From Eledone cirrhosa (lineage: Eukaryota), in contig OZ024743.1 in NCBI GenBank assembly GCA_964016885.1, forward strand, positions 315,208,001-315,272,000: DNA of 64,000 bases, given 5' to 3'. The notes beneath the pieces are model-generated. The model did not search any database. It saw nothing but the letters and a program-made list of their open reading frames with translations, and was not told where the DNA came from. Of the stretch, positions 41,054 to 55,540 are shown piece by piece. Each line of letters opens with the position of its first letter. Position 1 is the stretch's first letter. A program made the position numbers and the translations under genes.

Positions 41054-42178
41054 AAAATTAGTCCTTCATCAATGATCTTCCAGCCTTCATTGGTATTTCA
41101 TCGCTTTAAAGATCATATACCTCTGGTTGGTGCGAGCAACGGCTAAAGTAAGTCGTTGGGACACGTAAATAAGGGAAACGAGCGAGACAGTAAACAAACA
41201 AAGATGGTAATGCAACGAAAAGTGAAGAAGAAGGAGTCAAGTCCCTGAAATCGGCGAACATAAGTTCTGTGAAATGGTAGACGAGAGATAAAGACCATCC
41301 AACCTGGTTGAAATGTGAGCGAGAAAAAGAATTTCGTACAGTTCAAACGGGAGGAAGTGATGGAGAGGGAGTAGCAGAGAACGAGTGAGTGAAAGTGTGA
41401 GGAAGAGGCTAACAGAGAGAGTGACTGTTAGTGGGGGTAAAAGGAAGTGAGAGATACAGAGAAAGGGGAAGCAGTAAGAAAGAAACAGATGGGTCACAGC
41501 GGAGGAAAATATATAAATATATGAAAAAATGGTGTGCTCCGTGGTTGCAAATGGGTTACATATGAATAAAATTAGTCCTTCAAGGCTGGAAGATCACTGA
41601 TGAAGGACTAATTTTATTCATATGTAACCCATTTGCAACCACGCAGCATGCCATTGTTTCATATATTTATATATTTTCCTCCGTTGTGACCCGTCTGTTT
41701 CTTTCTTACTGCTTCCCCTTTCTCTGTATCTCTCACTTCCTTTTTACCCCCTCTGCCAGTCACTCTCTCTGTTAGCCTCTTCCTCACACTTTCACTCACT
41801 CACTCTCGGCTACTCCCTCTCCATCACTTCCTCCCGTTTGGCCTGTACGAAATTCTTTTTCTCGCTCACATTTCAACCAGGTTGGATGGTTTTTATCTCT
41901 CGTCGACGATTTCAAAGAACTTATGTTCACCGATTTCAGGGACTTGACTCCTTCTTCTTCACTTTTCGTTGCATTACCATCTTTGTTTGTTTACTGTCTC
42001 GCTAGTTTCCCCTATTTACGTGTCCCAACGACTTTCTTTAGCCGTTGCTCGCACCAACCAGAGGTATATGATCTTTAAAGCGATGAAATACCAATGAGGG
42101 CTGGAAGATCACTGATGAAGGACTAATTTTATTCATATGTAACCCATTTGCAACCACGCAGCACGCCATTTTTTCATA
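41054..42178. mobile_element. Fold-back insertion of a 515-bp circularly permuted non-coding unit (just over one unit on minus, ~1.15 units on plus)
   Basis: CTGATGAAGGACT at 41597 and 42112 (515 nt apart); GTCCTTCA at 41061 and 41575 (514 nt apart); flanked by (TA)n. Confidence 0.9.
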
Positions 42179-42255
42179 TATATATATATATATATTAAAA
42201 AAATAATAGTGAGTAAAATCTAAGTTGCAGTTGCGATTAGCATTTTTTGAAATCA

Positions 42256-42286
<31 letters not shown>

Positions 42287-42586
42287 AAAATGATTTGAAT
42301 GAAATCATCAGGAACGTTCCTATTGATTTTTTCGAATGAAACAGTTCTAGTCCTGTAGAAGTTATTTACATATATAATAAAGATGCATATACTTTTAACT
42401 ATATATACTTTTAACTGTGGTTAGAACCCCCACCCCGGACACCACTCGGGAATCTATATACTATATATGTGTGTGTACGCGTGTGCGTGTGCGTGTGTGT
42501 GCACATATGCGTGTGCACATATGTGTGCGTGCCTGTGTGTGCACGTGTGTGGGCGCGCGTATGTGTGTGTGTGTGTCTGTAAATAC

Positions 42587-42818
42587 CGGTCTGAAGGACT
42601 GTAATCTTTTGAGGAAAGATCTAATCTGTCGGCCATTTTAATAGCATTATTTTTTCTTTGAAATCTTTTGAAGAATCTACTGTGTTGTAAGTACTCTAGG
42701 TAGAACTTCGGGCTAAGAAGACGTCTTCTTCCCCCTTCCCTCCTTCATGGAGGCCTTGCAAATGTCTTGTAACCGCCGGCTCTATGTCTTCTCTTCTGAG
42801 TAAGCCATAAACATAAAA
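42587..42818 (-). CDS. Candidate exon with start codon at 42636 (MADRLDLSSKDYSPSDR..) and an in-frame TGA at 42745-42747 upstream
   Basis: TTTCAG acceptor, CG/GTATTT donor, AAAATGG start context, phase 2 junction matches 39038. Confidence 0.35.
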
Positions 42819-43894
42819 CTGAAACGTATGTAAATTTTTTGAACATTTTCAAGAAGATTTGCTAACTAATTGTTATATTAGAATCCATTAGCCTACATTT
42901 GTTCTTTCTTTCTCCACCTGCCTATAACATTTTCTAACTACTACATACCTATCTATATATACATCTATCTATTTATCTATCTACCTAACTATCAGACTAT
43001 CAATCTATACATTTATTTATCTATCTAAATATCTATATATCTATTTACCTACCTATCTATCTATTTATCTATCGATCTATTAAAACCCTTTAACTTCATT
43101 TCTCCTTTTATTTTGACTAACTTTGTTTCTTTCTATCTCTCACTCACTCTCTCTCACTCTCCCTCTCCCTCTCTATCTATCTATCTAACTCTCTCTCTCT
43201 ATCTATCTCTATCTCTCTCTATCTATCTCTATGTCTCTCACTCTCTTTCTTCTACTCCTAACTTCTTTCTCTACCTCCCTCTCTCACGCACATATACACT
43301 CACTCTATCAATTGGAACTTTTGACTTTTTTCAAATATCTTATTGCTTCCCTCTTTCTGTCTTCCTTTCTCACTCTCCCACATTCTCCATCACTCTCTCT
43401 CTCTCTCTCCCTTAATTACTCTCCCTCCCTCTCTCTATATCTCTCTCTCAATCTCTCACTCTCTCTCTCATACTCTTATTCTCACTCACTCTCTGTCTCT
43501 GTATTTCTGAATGTCTACACTATTGCTCTTTGGTTTTCTTTTAACTAATCTTTTACCCTTTACTTTGTAGAAATCCTCCTTCATCCCCACACCACCATCA
43601 CCATCACCACTACAGCCCCGCCACAACCACCACCATCATCACAACCACCACCACCACCACCACACTATTCCCTTTCACTTTTAACATTACACCCCAATAC
43701 ACACATTCAGACAACCATACACACGTTTTCCTCCCTCTATAATTCTTTCTCAATCTTCATGCCCCCCCCCCCCCCCCCCATTGACACTCCACTACCAGCG
43801 CCACCAATATCTCTCCAACCATCGCTACCACTAATAGAAACAGATAATTTATCAACAGGCATTCATTGTTCTTTTGCTAATTCTACTCACATCT

Positions 43895-44009
<115 letters not shown>

Positions 44010-47000
44010 TATATATATATATACACATATATATATATAAATATATATATATGTATACACATATATATATATATATACATACATGCATACATACATACAC
44101 TCATACATACATACATACATACATACATACATACATACATGCAGACATGCAATACCCACGCATACTTCAAGTGAGCATGACGTTTAAATGAAAACAAGAC
44201 GTAAACCTTATCAACACAGTAACACATGTTGATGCGACCTCAAATGTTTAAAGACATAAGCACCTCATAGAGTCACAAAACTTGGTTAATTTGTTTCATT
44301 ATCATGATTGTTGAAGATGTTGTTATTATTGTTGTGAAAGTGGCACAGCACCAGCAATTACCCCAGTGCACTGGGGTAATTGCTGGCCTTGTGCCCAAAG
44401 TAGAAACAATTATCATTATTATTATTGTTATTATTATTATTATATTACTATTATTACTATTATTATTTTCTTTTTGGTTTTCAGATGCTCTTTATTTTTC
44501 TTTATGTCTTCATTTCTGTCCAGTTTTTAATTTTATTGTTTATTTGTTAGTTTTGTTTTGTTTTTCATTTCAACATTCTTTCGCTTTTTTTGCTTTCATC
44601 TTGTTTTTATTTTGATTTTATATTTCTACCACGCTTGCCCACCCTGAGCTTTCACTAAAATATAAACATATAAAACTAAATGAGACCAAACCAAAATTAA
44701 ATATATCACCACAGAATGCAGCTGAAATAAGGAGCAGAAGTGTTTGCTATCGCTGATTTCTCAATGAACAACCTAAGTCGCGTCTTTCATCATTAAATTC
44801 TAATAATAAGCTAAATGTTAACCGGAAATATATGGGTGTGTCTTGTTCAGAGAATGTGTATTACAGAAACCTCAACTCTGGTACTTCGTAGTGTTGATAA
44901 GATATCAGGGAGACAGGCAGGAGGTGAGTGGTTTGTGTTGTGTCAAAGGACCTGATGTGTCTCCTTGATTTACGAACTTAATTATGTAATGGAGCTCGTG
45001 GTAAGCACTTGGCGTATAGCGCTGTATAATCTCACCAACTGTTGTGTGTTTTGTTGTGTAAATCTAAAACACCACTAATCGAGTAGACTTATGCCAAACA
45101 GGTGTGTGTGTGTGTGTGTGTGCGTCTGGGTATCTGTGCGTGAGAAGGCGTGCCTGCGTATGTGTGTCTATATATGTGTGTCTGTATGTGTGTCTATATA
45201 TATGCATGCTATTATAGGTTTAGCTAAAATGGTGGCACAATCATAGATAGCTTTGTCGGAAAGTAAAGATACAAACAGGATCAAAGATATGATGGCATTC
45301 TTATGTAGTTATATGTACCTGTATAATTTATTTTTTTCATTAAGACAAAAGCTACATTTTCTTTGTTATGGTTTAACAATGGTGGTTCATTCAAGCTACC
45401 ACGTCCCACTATTGTGATATTTTCCAGCTAATAGTATTATATAATTTCACATTTACTAAAGTCATTTGTTTTGTTCTTACATTTTTAATAAATTCATTTA
45501 TTTACTAGATGTCTCATTTGTTACTGGTTTCAGACGTAATACAAGTACCTCCTTTCTTTCCTATTTATTTTTTCCTTTTATAACGAGCCCAATAAATATT
45601 TCAGGCTGGTACTTACTTTATATACACGAATATACGCCGAGCAATATGTGACCAAATAATTGATGATTAAATGGAAGATTAGCTTGTATATTCCATCTAA
45701 ACAATGTATTGATGAGCTACCTTGGTTTATAAACCCTGTTTGAATTTTTGCCTATTTCTGAGACATGAAATAGGGGTGTCGGCGTATATTCGGATCGAGT
45801 AATATTCCAGTATATATGGTATATTATTAATTACTCGGTTTATTTAAAGATTCGAAATCTACTGTTAATGATACACGCAACTTAATTCCAGGTTCTAAAC
45901 AATATATACAGATACAAGCTGCTAATAATCTGTCCATCGACAAACTATGGGTACAGCGTTTCTGATAAATCTCTTAAAGAACTAGACGTGTATAAACCAG
46001 TGGATACCACGTCTCCTACTCATGTTGTAATAAAAATTATGTAAATAATTTTGATAATTTTGAAAAAATAGTACCCGTCTTGTACTGGGGTGGATCCTTC
46101 CTCTACATCTTTTTCTTATTTCCTCTCTCTCACTTTCTATTTTTCTCTGAAAGAGATCAGCTGTGCTCAGGCCTAGAGCTGAATGGGATCTGCCAGGCTT
46201 AAAATGCCCAAGAAACGCCGCAATTCAATACGACGCTATCAGGAGTTACGGGACTATACATACGTACATACATAAAACGTTGTCAGCTCTGTTATGCAAA
46301 TTAGGCTGAGCAGTATGGCTGAGTCTGAGTTTTCATAAACTAAAAATATGCAAATTTCCGATAAGAGAGGCTAAGTTTTCTGTCTGGTAGCAAGAGCAGA
46401 AACTAGCCAAATCAACCCAATGGTTTTCTCCATTAAACTGCGCCGCAAACAATCTTTTAACCCGTAGTGAGGCTAAGATGATGCTTAAAAAATGTAGGCA
46501 GTACAATATATTATATTTCAAAATATATTTCTCTCTCTCCTCGAGAGAGAGAGATGGACAGGAGATTAAATTAGTGGATTGCTGGTTACACATTCATCGG
46601 ACTTGCCGTTTCGACTGATATCGATTAATCCACTGCCGACCAAATGCGTATCATAATATATTATGATACATGCCTAAATAACATAATATTTGAGGCAATT
46701 TGAGGGCACAAAATGAATAAATTAAGCTGATTTTATCATAGTAAGTAACATAGACTACAAGGAATCGCGTATAATCTGAAAATGAAGAAATAATGATGAT
46801 TTTACATTACAATTTATGAGTTTTTAAATTTGAAATTAAAATTTTAGTTTTTGTTTCAGTATATAGTGACAGCAGGAATCATTATTAGTGGAAAATTTAA
46901 ACTTTTTTAAGTGATATCAATAATCGAATTTTTGATAACTTTTAAATTTATGCCTCATTAGACTATCAAGTAATCAAGTAAGCCTATCTTTTCTCATGTG

Positions 47001-47022
47001 AGTAGGACGTCTACTTTTCCAC

Positions 47023-47057
<35 letters not shown>

Positions 47058-47058
<1 letters not shown>

Positions 47059-47349
47059 CTAGGGCGGGTAAAATTCCCGAGATCCAGGGACGTGTTCTCT
47101 CCAGCGGTCTCTGTCCCTCATTATCGCTGCGTTTCCAACAGACCAGTGTCTGCCCTTAGGGCATCAACATACGTTAGTCTTCCTCTTCCAGTGTGTCCAT
47201 GTAGGGGCTCCCACAGGAGCACTGAGTGCAGTGTCAACTCAGGATGTCTGTGAGAATGTCCAGTCGATCTAACAGCACTAGGGTTAGAGCCCCTAATTAC
47301 ACTGTCAAGGAGCAGTCTGGTCGTTATGACTCTGCTGGCTTAGAGCCAC

Positions 47350-47350
<1 letters not shown>
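47058..47350 (-). pseudogene. RTE-clade LINE 3' fragment
   Basis: Minus-strand translation GHSHRHPELTLHSVLLWEPLHGHTGRGRLTYVDALRADTGL..RDRDRW. Confidence 0.82.
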
Positions 47351-47383
<33 letters not shown>

Positions 47384-47409
47384 TCACACACACACACACA
47401 TATATATAT

Positions 47410-47612
47410 GTGAGAAAAACCCCAGACCCTCCATCTCAATTCTACTTTTGAAAAGCAGAAGAACTGCAAAGCCGGTAAAGGAACCAAATAAATATATATA
47501 TTTTTTTAAAAAGACTCCAGTCGCATTTTCGATTTCATCTTTTTCTTTATACTTTCACTCGTGTAGGACACCTCGTTTATTTTTCACTTTGTAAATAAAC
47601 CTCACTTTCTAA
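47410..47612 (-). mobile_element. Copy of the 932-1135 terminus (inverted)
   Basis: Reverse-complement match. Confidence 0.88.
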
Positions 47613-47631
47613 TATATACACACACACACAC

Positions 47632-47736
<105 letters not shown>

Positions 47737-47771
47737 GAGGGGGGTGTTAAATAACACAATATGATTATTTA

Positions 47772-47899
47772 ATTACCGAGGTTTCAAGAAACTAGATGAT
47801 TCTTGCAAGGAACTTCCAGTTCGTTTGTCAGACACAGTAATTATTTTGTCTGACTGTTCCTTACAAGAATCATCTCGTTTATTGAAGCCTTCGGTAATG
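47772..47899. repeat. Short fold-back, arms ~47772-47813 and ~47856-47899
   Basis: attaccgaggtttcaagaaactagatgattcttgcaaggaac versus gttccttacaagaatcatctcgtttattgaagccttcggtaat. Confidence 0.7.
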
Positions 47900-48002
47900 A
47901 AATAGTTATACTGTGTTGTTTATTATGTCATTAAATAGCTCTGTACAATAGATACAGCACTCTTGTTTCCTTTACCTTTTCTACGGAAATACTTTACATA
48001 TA

Positions 48003-48034
<32 letters not shown>

Positions 48035-48039
48035 TGTGC

Positions 48040-48093
<54 letters not shown>

Positions 48094-48187
48094 ACATACG
48101 CGAAAATTAATTAGATAACCCACAGCAAAACAATACAGTACAATGAAAATATGAATTAGTTTACTGTTTGATATAATAGGAAAATAT

Positions 48188-48223
48188 TCTTAACGTTTCG
48201 AGCGTTAGTCCTTTATCAGAAGA
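48188..48223 (-). ncRNA. Degenerate minimal PLE hammerhead, same family as 61449-61484
   Basis: tctt-CTGATAA-aggactaacgctc-GAAA-cg-TT-aaga. Confidence 0.55.
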
Positions 48224-48557
48224 TGAAATGAGAAATAAAATATGAAATAGAAAGATGGTGAGTAAGAAGAGGAAAAGACGGACAAATATTTTTTTAAAGA
48301 AAAATCACGTGTGTTCACTGGATAATTCACTTGGTTGTTTATATGAGAGTTACATAGATACCTAGCTGATGTGCTGATATCTAGTTATTCATATATTACT
48401 AATCATGCCAGACAGATTCTTAATTGCCCACGTTGGTCTTTCATTAAAATGTCCGTTGTATATTTAAATAATTAATGGGTGGATTGTGTATAAAATTTGA
48501 AACTATTTCAAATATTCTCAAAATTCAGTATTTGCATATCTACGTACGTCCATGGAA

Positions 48558-48605
<48 letters not shown>

Positions 48606-49554
48606 CTCGCGCGTGTGTATGTCTGTACGTATGCCTGTATGTATGTATGTTATTATTACGTATGAATGTATATTTAAATGTATTTGAAACCGACGCGTTC
48701 TTGTTTAAAACATGAATTCTGATAAATATGTAGATAGAGGGATAGTTAGATAGACAGAGAGACTTACATATAGATATATAGAGAGAGGAGGAGAGAGAGG
48801 GGGGAGAGAGAGATGTAGAGCGCGTATGTGATCGCTAGAATTCTTTGAAATATCAGCTAAATCACAGGAATGCACACTTTGATATAATGCAGTTCACGCT
48901 ACACTATTCTCTTGAACAGACAGGATGGTCACAGATGGCCTACATTTGATCACAACGTACCAGATCAGAACTGTCCTTATTCATTTATCAAGTTTACCAG
49001 AAGATGCTGAACTCAAATTTGCATAAAGTATGATCTTGTGCAGTTGTACAACTTATAAATATTTTACTTTTGTTGTAGACCCCTCTTATACACGCAGTAG
49101 AAATGTTAGCCAAACCTCATCATTGTGAAGTGAACTACTTAACCATTAAACATGCCAGCAGCAACATAAGATGATGTGAAACACTTGTTTGAGTGATGTT
49201 GTCAGTGTTAATTCATGACACCAATGATATTATCTTAATTTTATTTCTCGTTTAAAACTCAATAAAATCAATTTTCTCTGTTTACAGTCCTCTTCAGGAA
49301 GACCTGAAGAGAAGATAACACTTCTAAATTCTTTCTTCGTCGAATTGTCAAAACGTTAGGACGTTCTAATTAAATTTGGAAATGTCACTTTCAGTTATAT
49401 AAATAAAACAGAAATTTCTAGAAATTAAATATAGACTTAACAAAATATAATAATTTAGTAGACTCGTCTGACAAGTAATAAAGTACATTTTACTTAGAAC
49501 AGAATGTAGCACATTGTTCACCTAAACATAATAAAGGAGACACTATATTGTGAA

Positions 49555-49870
49555 GGTGTACGTCTAAAGGGTTACGATGTTCAGCATTCGATCGTTAGGA
49601 TATAAATTCAATTCCTGGCAATTCAATTCATTGTGTCCTTCAGGAAAACCTTATATTTAACATTGCTACATTTCACTCAGCCAGCAAAAATGAGTAGTAT
49701 CTGTAATGGCCCAGCTTTGTCACATAGTGTGTTACGCTGAATCTCCCTGAGAATTACTTTAACAATACACGTGTATGTGGAATAATTGGTTACATGCCTG
49801 TTAACTTCATGAGCAACTTGTTCCGTTGTTCGAACAACTAGAACACTCCTCGCTGTAACCAACAGAGGCC
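49555..49870 (+). mobile_element. CORE-like SINE, diverged
   Basis: ttgtgtccttcaggaaaacctta core; body like 8465-8780. Confidence 0.65.
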
Positions 49871-50262
49871 CTTCACATATTTCATGCTGCTTTGTAGAGG
49901 TTGCATAACAAAATGGTTAACAAGGATACTTCAAAATCGTAAAGTCCCAGTTTCAATTTCGGCACGTGGAATATTGACCGCCCAAGCCTTTTGCGTGAAA
50001 TTTGGTAAACAGGAACTATATTGAAATCAGTCGGATGAATTTTACCTGGCTACAATTCAAGGGGCAAACATTGAGACACCACACTGTGTCGCATTGAGTC
50101 TCCCTCAGAATTACGTTAAAGACTATCGTACGTTAATTTCAGAAACGAGTTGTTCTTTTGATTAAACAGTTTGAACACTCATCATAAAAACCACCAAATT
50201 TTCATTCCTTCCTTCTTTTTTTCTTTCTTTTCTATATCATGCCTTTTATTATTTCTTTTCAG

Positions 50263-50359
50263 ATAAATTTTTCTTGATGTTTGGTTGTCAAGAATTTCTC
50301 TGAAATATATTACAACTTATAGCTGGTCACGTGACTCTAATGTTTCTAATTAAAGTGAG
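50263..50359 (+). other. Possible non-coding exon
   Basis: Long pyrimidine tract + TTTCAG acceptor and GAG/GTAAGC donor; stops in all three frames. Confidence 0.3.
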
Positions 50360-50409
50360 GTAAGCAGACAAAATATTCATTGTTTATGATCATTTGATTT
50401 AATTAATAG

Positions 50410-50592
50410 TTTGGGGGAGGGGAAAGTCGATTAAATCGAGCCAGTGCGTGACTGGTACTTTATTTTATCGACCCCGTAAGGATGAAAGGCAAAGATAACC
50501 TCGACGGGATTTGAACTCAGATCATAAAGGGCCGTAACTCTATGCTGCAAAGCATGGTGTCCGACCCTCTACTGATACTGCCAATCCACCGC
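50410..50592 (-). mobile_element. Meta-domain-like SINE
   Basis: Near-full copy. Confidence 0.82.
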
Positions 50593-51635
50593 CCTATTGG
50601 ATTTAATTAATAAGAGTAATTAATGTTTAGTAGCACAATTATTCTTGTTCTCTTGTACTAAATTTATTCTATATACAATAAACAAACAAATATAGTTTTA
50701 AAATAGCAGTGAAAACATTTTGCGGTATTCGTCCCGCCGAGGTCAAAGAAATCTCACTCAAATTACAGTTTACTGTTTACAACAAAAACAAAAATAAAAC
50801 ACACACATAAAAATAAGGTAACATAATGTTGCCCAAAATATAATAAGTCTAAAAGGCCACTAAAAGCACGATAACTGTAAAGGCACAAATCAAGTCGGGG
50901 GTTAAAAGAACATCAACAGCCGCTCGAACCAACATTATCCAGCTGGAACAATATATTTCAACGCGACATTAAGATTCCTATTTGTACATGCAAGATATGA
51001 TGCTGATATCAGCAGGATATTCATATGAATCATCACACAGCCACCTCTTTACATAGTTCAGTTATCACTAGAGTTAAGGGAATATTGATATCTGAGAATA
51101 CACATCAGACGATTGTGGCTATACACGTTATAAATATTGTATTAGTTACATACTAATCATCGCCGAAATGCATACATGCATATATTTGTATATATGTGTG
51201 TGTGTGTGTCTGTGTGTGTGTATGTGTTTGTTAGGTTTCTACTTGTGTGTGTATGCATAATTTCACATACCTAGGGATACCTCCATGTATTAGTCAGCTC
51301 ACGCGCACTCGAACAATCACATCTCTACAATCTCACAGCAGCAAGATTTCTTACGATCTAACACATCTCTTCTCACAGGTTTGCACGCATAGAAACCAAT
51401 ACTCACACACAAACACACAGATACACTCAGAATATACAAGGATGATCTCCTATCTAAGATACCCTCTGAGAGGCATCTCCTAAAAATGGCTGATTGAACA
51501 CACGTGCTTTTTCTTTAAAAAGTCTTCTTCTTCTTCTTCTACTTCTCCTCTGTCTTTCGATTCTTTCTTTTATTTGTTACTCTATTTTCCACTAAAGGAC
51601 TAAGGTACAAAACGTTTAGACATTTTCCTTTTATA

Positions 51636-51822
51636 TAATTGTTTCTACTTTAGGCACAAGGCCAGCAAATACCCAGAGTGCATTACTGGTACTTTATTTT
51701 ATCGACCCCGTAAGGATGAAAGGCAAAGTCAACCTCGGCGAGATTTGAACTCAGATCGTAAAGGGACGTAACTATGCTGGAAAGCATGGTGTCCGACCCT
51801 CTACCGATACTGCCAATCCACC
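51636..51822 (-). mobile_element. Meta-domain-like SINE
   Basis: Near-full copy, very similar to 52420-52607. Confidence 0.85.
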
Positions 51823-52083
51823 TATTTCCTTCTATATAATGCATTACACAAATATATATATTCATTGTACTGTATCATTTACTTGTGGTTTTCTGTTTAA
51901 ATGTTGCATACATATCTATAAATATGAACATATACGTGTAGGTACTAGGAAAACAGACTTTTTAAATATTCAATAAATATGATACGATCGATCAAAACAG
52001 GTAATATTTTATTAAACTTAAATTCATTCAATGTAACAAATATATTTTAAAAAAATACGTTATGGCGAATTTCTGCAATTTAG

Positions 52084-52158
<75 letters not shown>

Positions 52159-52419
52159 AGGAGAGGGGGGAGAAATATACACACACATATATATATATAT
52201 ATATATGTGTGTGTGTATGTGTGTGTGTGCGTGCGAATGTGTATGTCGGATGGGTAAGAGTGTGTGTGTGTGTGAGAGAGCGCGTGTAATTGTGTATATA
52301 ATCCGCTTTAGTATTTAGCTCATAAGATTTTTGATGTAAAATCGTGAGTAGAAATATATAAGTGAATCTGAAATAGTGCGTATATTTATATTGGCAGCAT
52401 CTAAGTATATGCATATATA

Positions 52420-52607
52420 ATAATTGTTTCTACTTTTGGCACAAGGCCTGCAATTACCCAGTGTATTACTGGTACTATATTTTATCAACCCCGTAAGGAT
52501 GAAAGGCAAAGTTAACCTCGGCGGGATTTGAACTCAGAATGGAAAGGGCCGTAACTCTATGCGTCAAAGCATGGCATCCGGCCCTCTTCCGATACTGCCA
52601 ATCCACC
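52420..52607 (-). mobile_element. Meta-domain-like SINE
   Basis: Near-full copy. Confidence 0.85.
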
Positions 52608-52628
52608 ATAATAGTGTAAATATATATA

Positions 52629-52995
52629 TTAGGATTGGTTCTCTGAAATAGCGATGTATACATGAATGTATGTATAGTATATTTGGCAATATACCGTATG
52701 TTTAATTAAAAAAACATTTTGAAGACCTTACGCTATCGGTTTTAAAGTAATGACTAAGTCACTTACTTCTTTTAAGCGAAAGAAGGGACAGAAGCTGACA
52801 GTCTGTTTCGCGCTGTTGGCGATCATCAGAGCCACGCACTCCTCGCTTTCGCCGAAAATTGTAGAAGCTGGATTCTTATAGGATTCCAGTAATAATCGGG
52901 AGCCGAAAAGAAGTAAGTGACATAGTCACTATGTTAAAACCGATAGCGTATGGTCTTCAAAATGTTTTTAACTAATCATACATTATATTGCCAAA
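52629..52995. mobile_element. Palindromic HHR element in (TA)n; arms ~52682-52773 and ~52905-52995; left tail
   Basis: Inverted arms; HHR in the spacer on minus; terminus also present at 3286-3420. Confidence 0.82.
52793..52833 (-). ncRNA. Type I hammerhead motif
   Basis: ggct-CTGATGA-t-cgc-caaca-gcg-c-GAAA-cagactg-TC-agct. Confidence 0.72.
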
Positions 52996-53003
52996 TCATC
53001 GAA

Positions 53004-53073
<70 letters not shown>

Positions 53074-53074
53074 G

Positions 53075-53131
<57 letters not shown>

Positions 53132-53210
53132 ATGTGTGTGTGTGTGTGTGTGTGTGTTTGTATGTATGTATATACATATATATATATATATGTGTGTGTG
53201 TATACACACA

Positions 53211-53263
<53 letters not shown>

Positions 53264-53519
53264 TGCCGAGAGGACAAAAATAGAGTGTGTTAAAGTATTT
53301 ATTGATATAGTGTGAAATAAGAAAATATATAAATAAATAAATAAATAAACACCAGAGTCCAGAAATACCACAAAACCCACATATTTACAAAAGCCTGTCT
53401 ATTGTTCTTTACGATGCCTACAGTCCTATATCCAAATAGCCGAGTATTATGTGAAATAGGAGATTGTGAAAATATGCACATATACATGTATGTGTTTATA
53501 TATATATACATATATATAT

Positions 53520-53571
<52 letters not shown>

Positions 53572-54319
53572 GTGTATGCATACATGTATAACAATCACGC
53601 CATCAATACATATATTTATATACATATAAGACTGTTTTTTTTTATAGTTTCATTTATGAAATGTTAATATATATAAACATCTTTATAGGATGGCGTTGAA
53701 ATGTTCGAAGTGGTAATTTATCCAATGGTCTTTTGCAACCAAGCAAAGGAGAGCACTCAGAGAGCATCGTGACTGGTTCTTTAACCATCGTCATGGTTGC
53801 TAAGCCAAAAATAAGCTAAATGCTTATAGGTTTTTTAGTTATGAACATCGGATGACGAAACTATTTTGCATAGAAAAAAACAGTTGTCGGGTTTTTCTGG
53901 AAGTGCCACAAAACTCAAATGAAGTACAAATAAATCCAGTAAAGCCAAACTTTCTTGTGCATCAAGGGACACCCAAAGATGGTTGGAATAAGTAAAAAGT
54001 AAAAGAAAATATGTCTATCTGTAAGTTTGTCTATTTTCTTTATGTATATCTGCGTATTTATATTTGTACGCAATTCCTCTGACATGCATACAGACCAGGC
54101 CAGGTTTTACACCCGAAGTCAATAACTATCAATAGTAACATAATACGTGTAGCTGCCTTGTTATCCTTAAACATATGCCTCACTTGCTCAATATTTCAGC
54201 TTGCGATATTGTGTGCTGCTAATTCTCTATCGTTACTGAGATATTTTCATTTGTTTATGTTTTTAGTATACTTCCATTCTTCCCTGTAATTTATCTGCTC
54301 TCTTAATTAATGGTTCTGG

Positions 54320-54492
54320 GTTAGCCTCACGGCCAACACATTTGGGGAAGAGGAATATCGATTAAATTGACCCCAGTTTGTTAGTGATGAAAGGCAAGGC
54401 TAAACTCGGCAAGATTTGAACACAGAACGCAAATGACCTATATGCTGCAAAGCATGGCGTCCGACACTCTGCCGATACTGACAATCCTCCGA
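54320..54492 (-). mobile_element. Meta-domain-like SINE, diverged
   Basis: gatgaaaggcaagg..gatttgaac..aagcatggcgtccgac. Confidence 0.7.
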
Positions 54493-55148
54493 CCTGTGCT
54501 CTTCTGATTAATAAAATCCATATCCTATTTGTTTCTGGACAAAGCCAGCACATATGACATGCTTTTCATGCCTTGTGATATAGATTTACGTTTACACTAA
54601 CAACAACAATAACAAACGCAATAACAATAACAAACGCACTTGTCTTCTTAGCTGAAACAATTGTAATTTTGTTCTCAGATTTTTTTTTCATTATTCAACC
54701 TTGTGTGTGTCTGTTTACGTGTGTATTCGTGTATATGTAAAAGAGGCTTCATCGTCTAAAGTTCGAACTCACTGCCACCTTTTTCGTCATAAAATAAAAT
54801 TTACTGATGCTCTGCTCACAGCACATGCCAGAAGAGCATAAGTAACTTTATTTTATGCAATTGATATTTGAACGATATATGTACGTGTGTACATGTAATT
54901 CACTTATCCACTCGCTGATGTAAGAGTAAGAGCTCAGCCGACTGGCAGTAAAGCATTACAATATATAAAGTAGTTCATTTTACATTTACTTTCTTCGCAG
55001 TTCTTAAAATTGTCTCCTTTACAGCTACCTACACCTTTCAATCTTTCTTTCCTTTTATCTCAATCTTCTCTTCAACTCCTTCAGATATCCCCCCTCTCTC
55101 TCTCTCTCTCTCTTTATATATATATACATATATATATACATATATATA

Positions 55149-55200
<52 letters not shown>

Positions 55201-55317
55201 TTACATTCTCTCTGTCTCCCTCTTTCTCATCTTATCTCAATCTCTTATTTTAGACTCTAGTATTCATTTCCTCAAACTGCAATATTTCCAAGAATGTCTT
55301 GGAAATTCTGATCCCCT

Positions 55318-55406
<89 letters not shown>

Positions 55407-55540
55407 CTCTCTTTCCACATGCACATACACTACATTACCCAACGACATACACACATCATAATCGAAATATACACAAACACTCACACGCAGCTACATTCCA
55501 CCATACTCACATATACAGTTTCTCTGCAATGAAAAATTGA

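Noticed and set aside
41590-42135. Canonical hammerhead in the 515-bp unit
   Set aside because: CUGAUGA is present, but I found no downstream stem II plus GAAA and no valid type II/III fold, so it is not listed as an ncRNA feature.
53689-53993. Plus-strand exon or ORF (..KNSCRVFLEVPQNSNEVQ..)
   Set aside because: Stops in all frames, no recognisable domain and no convincing splice partner.
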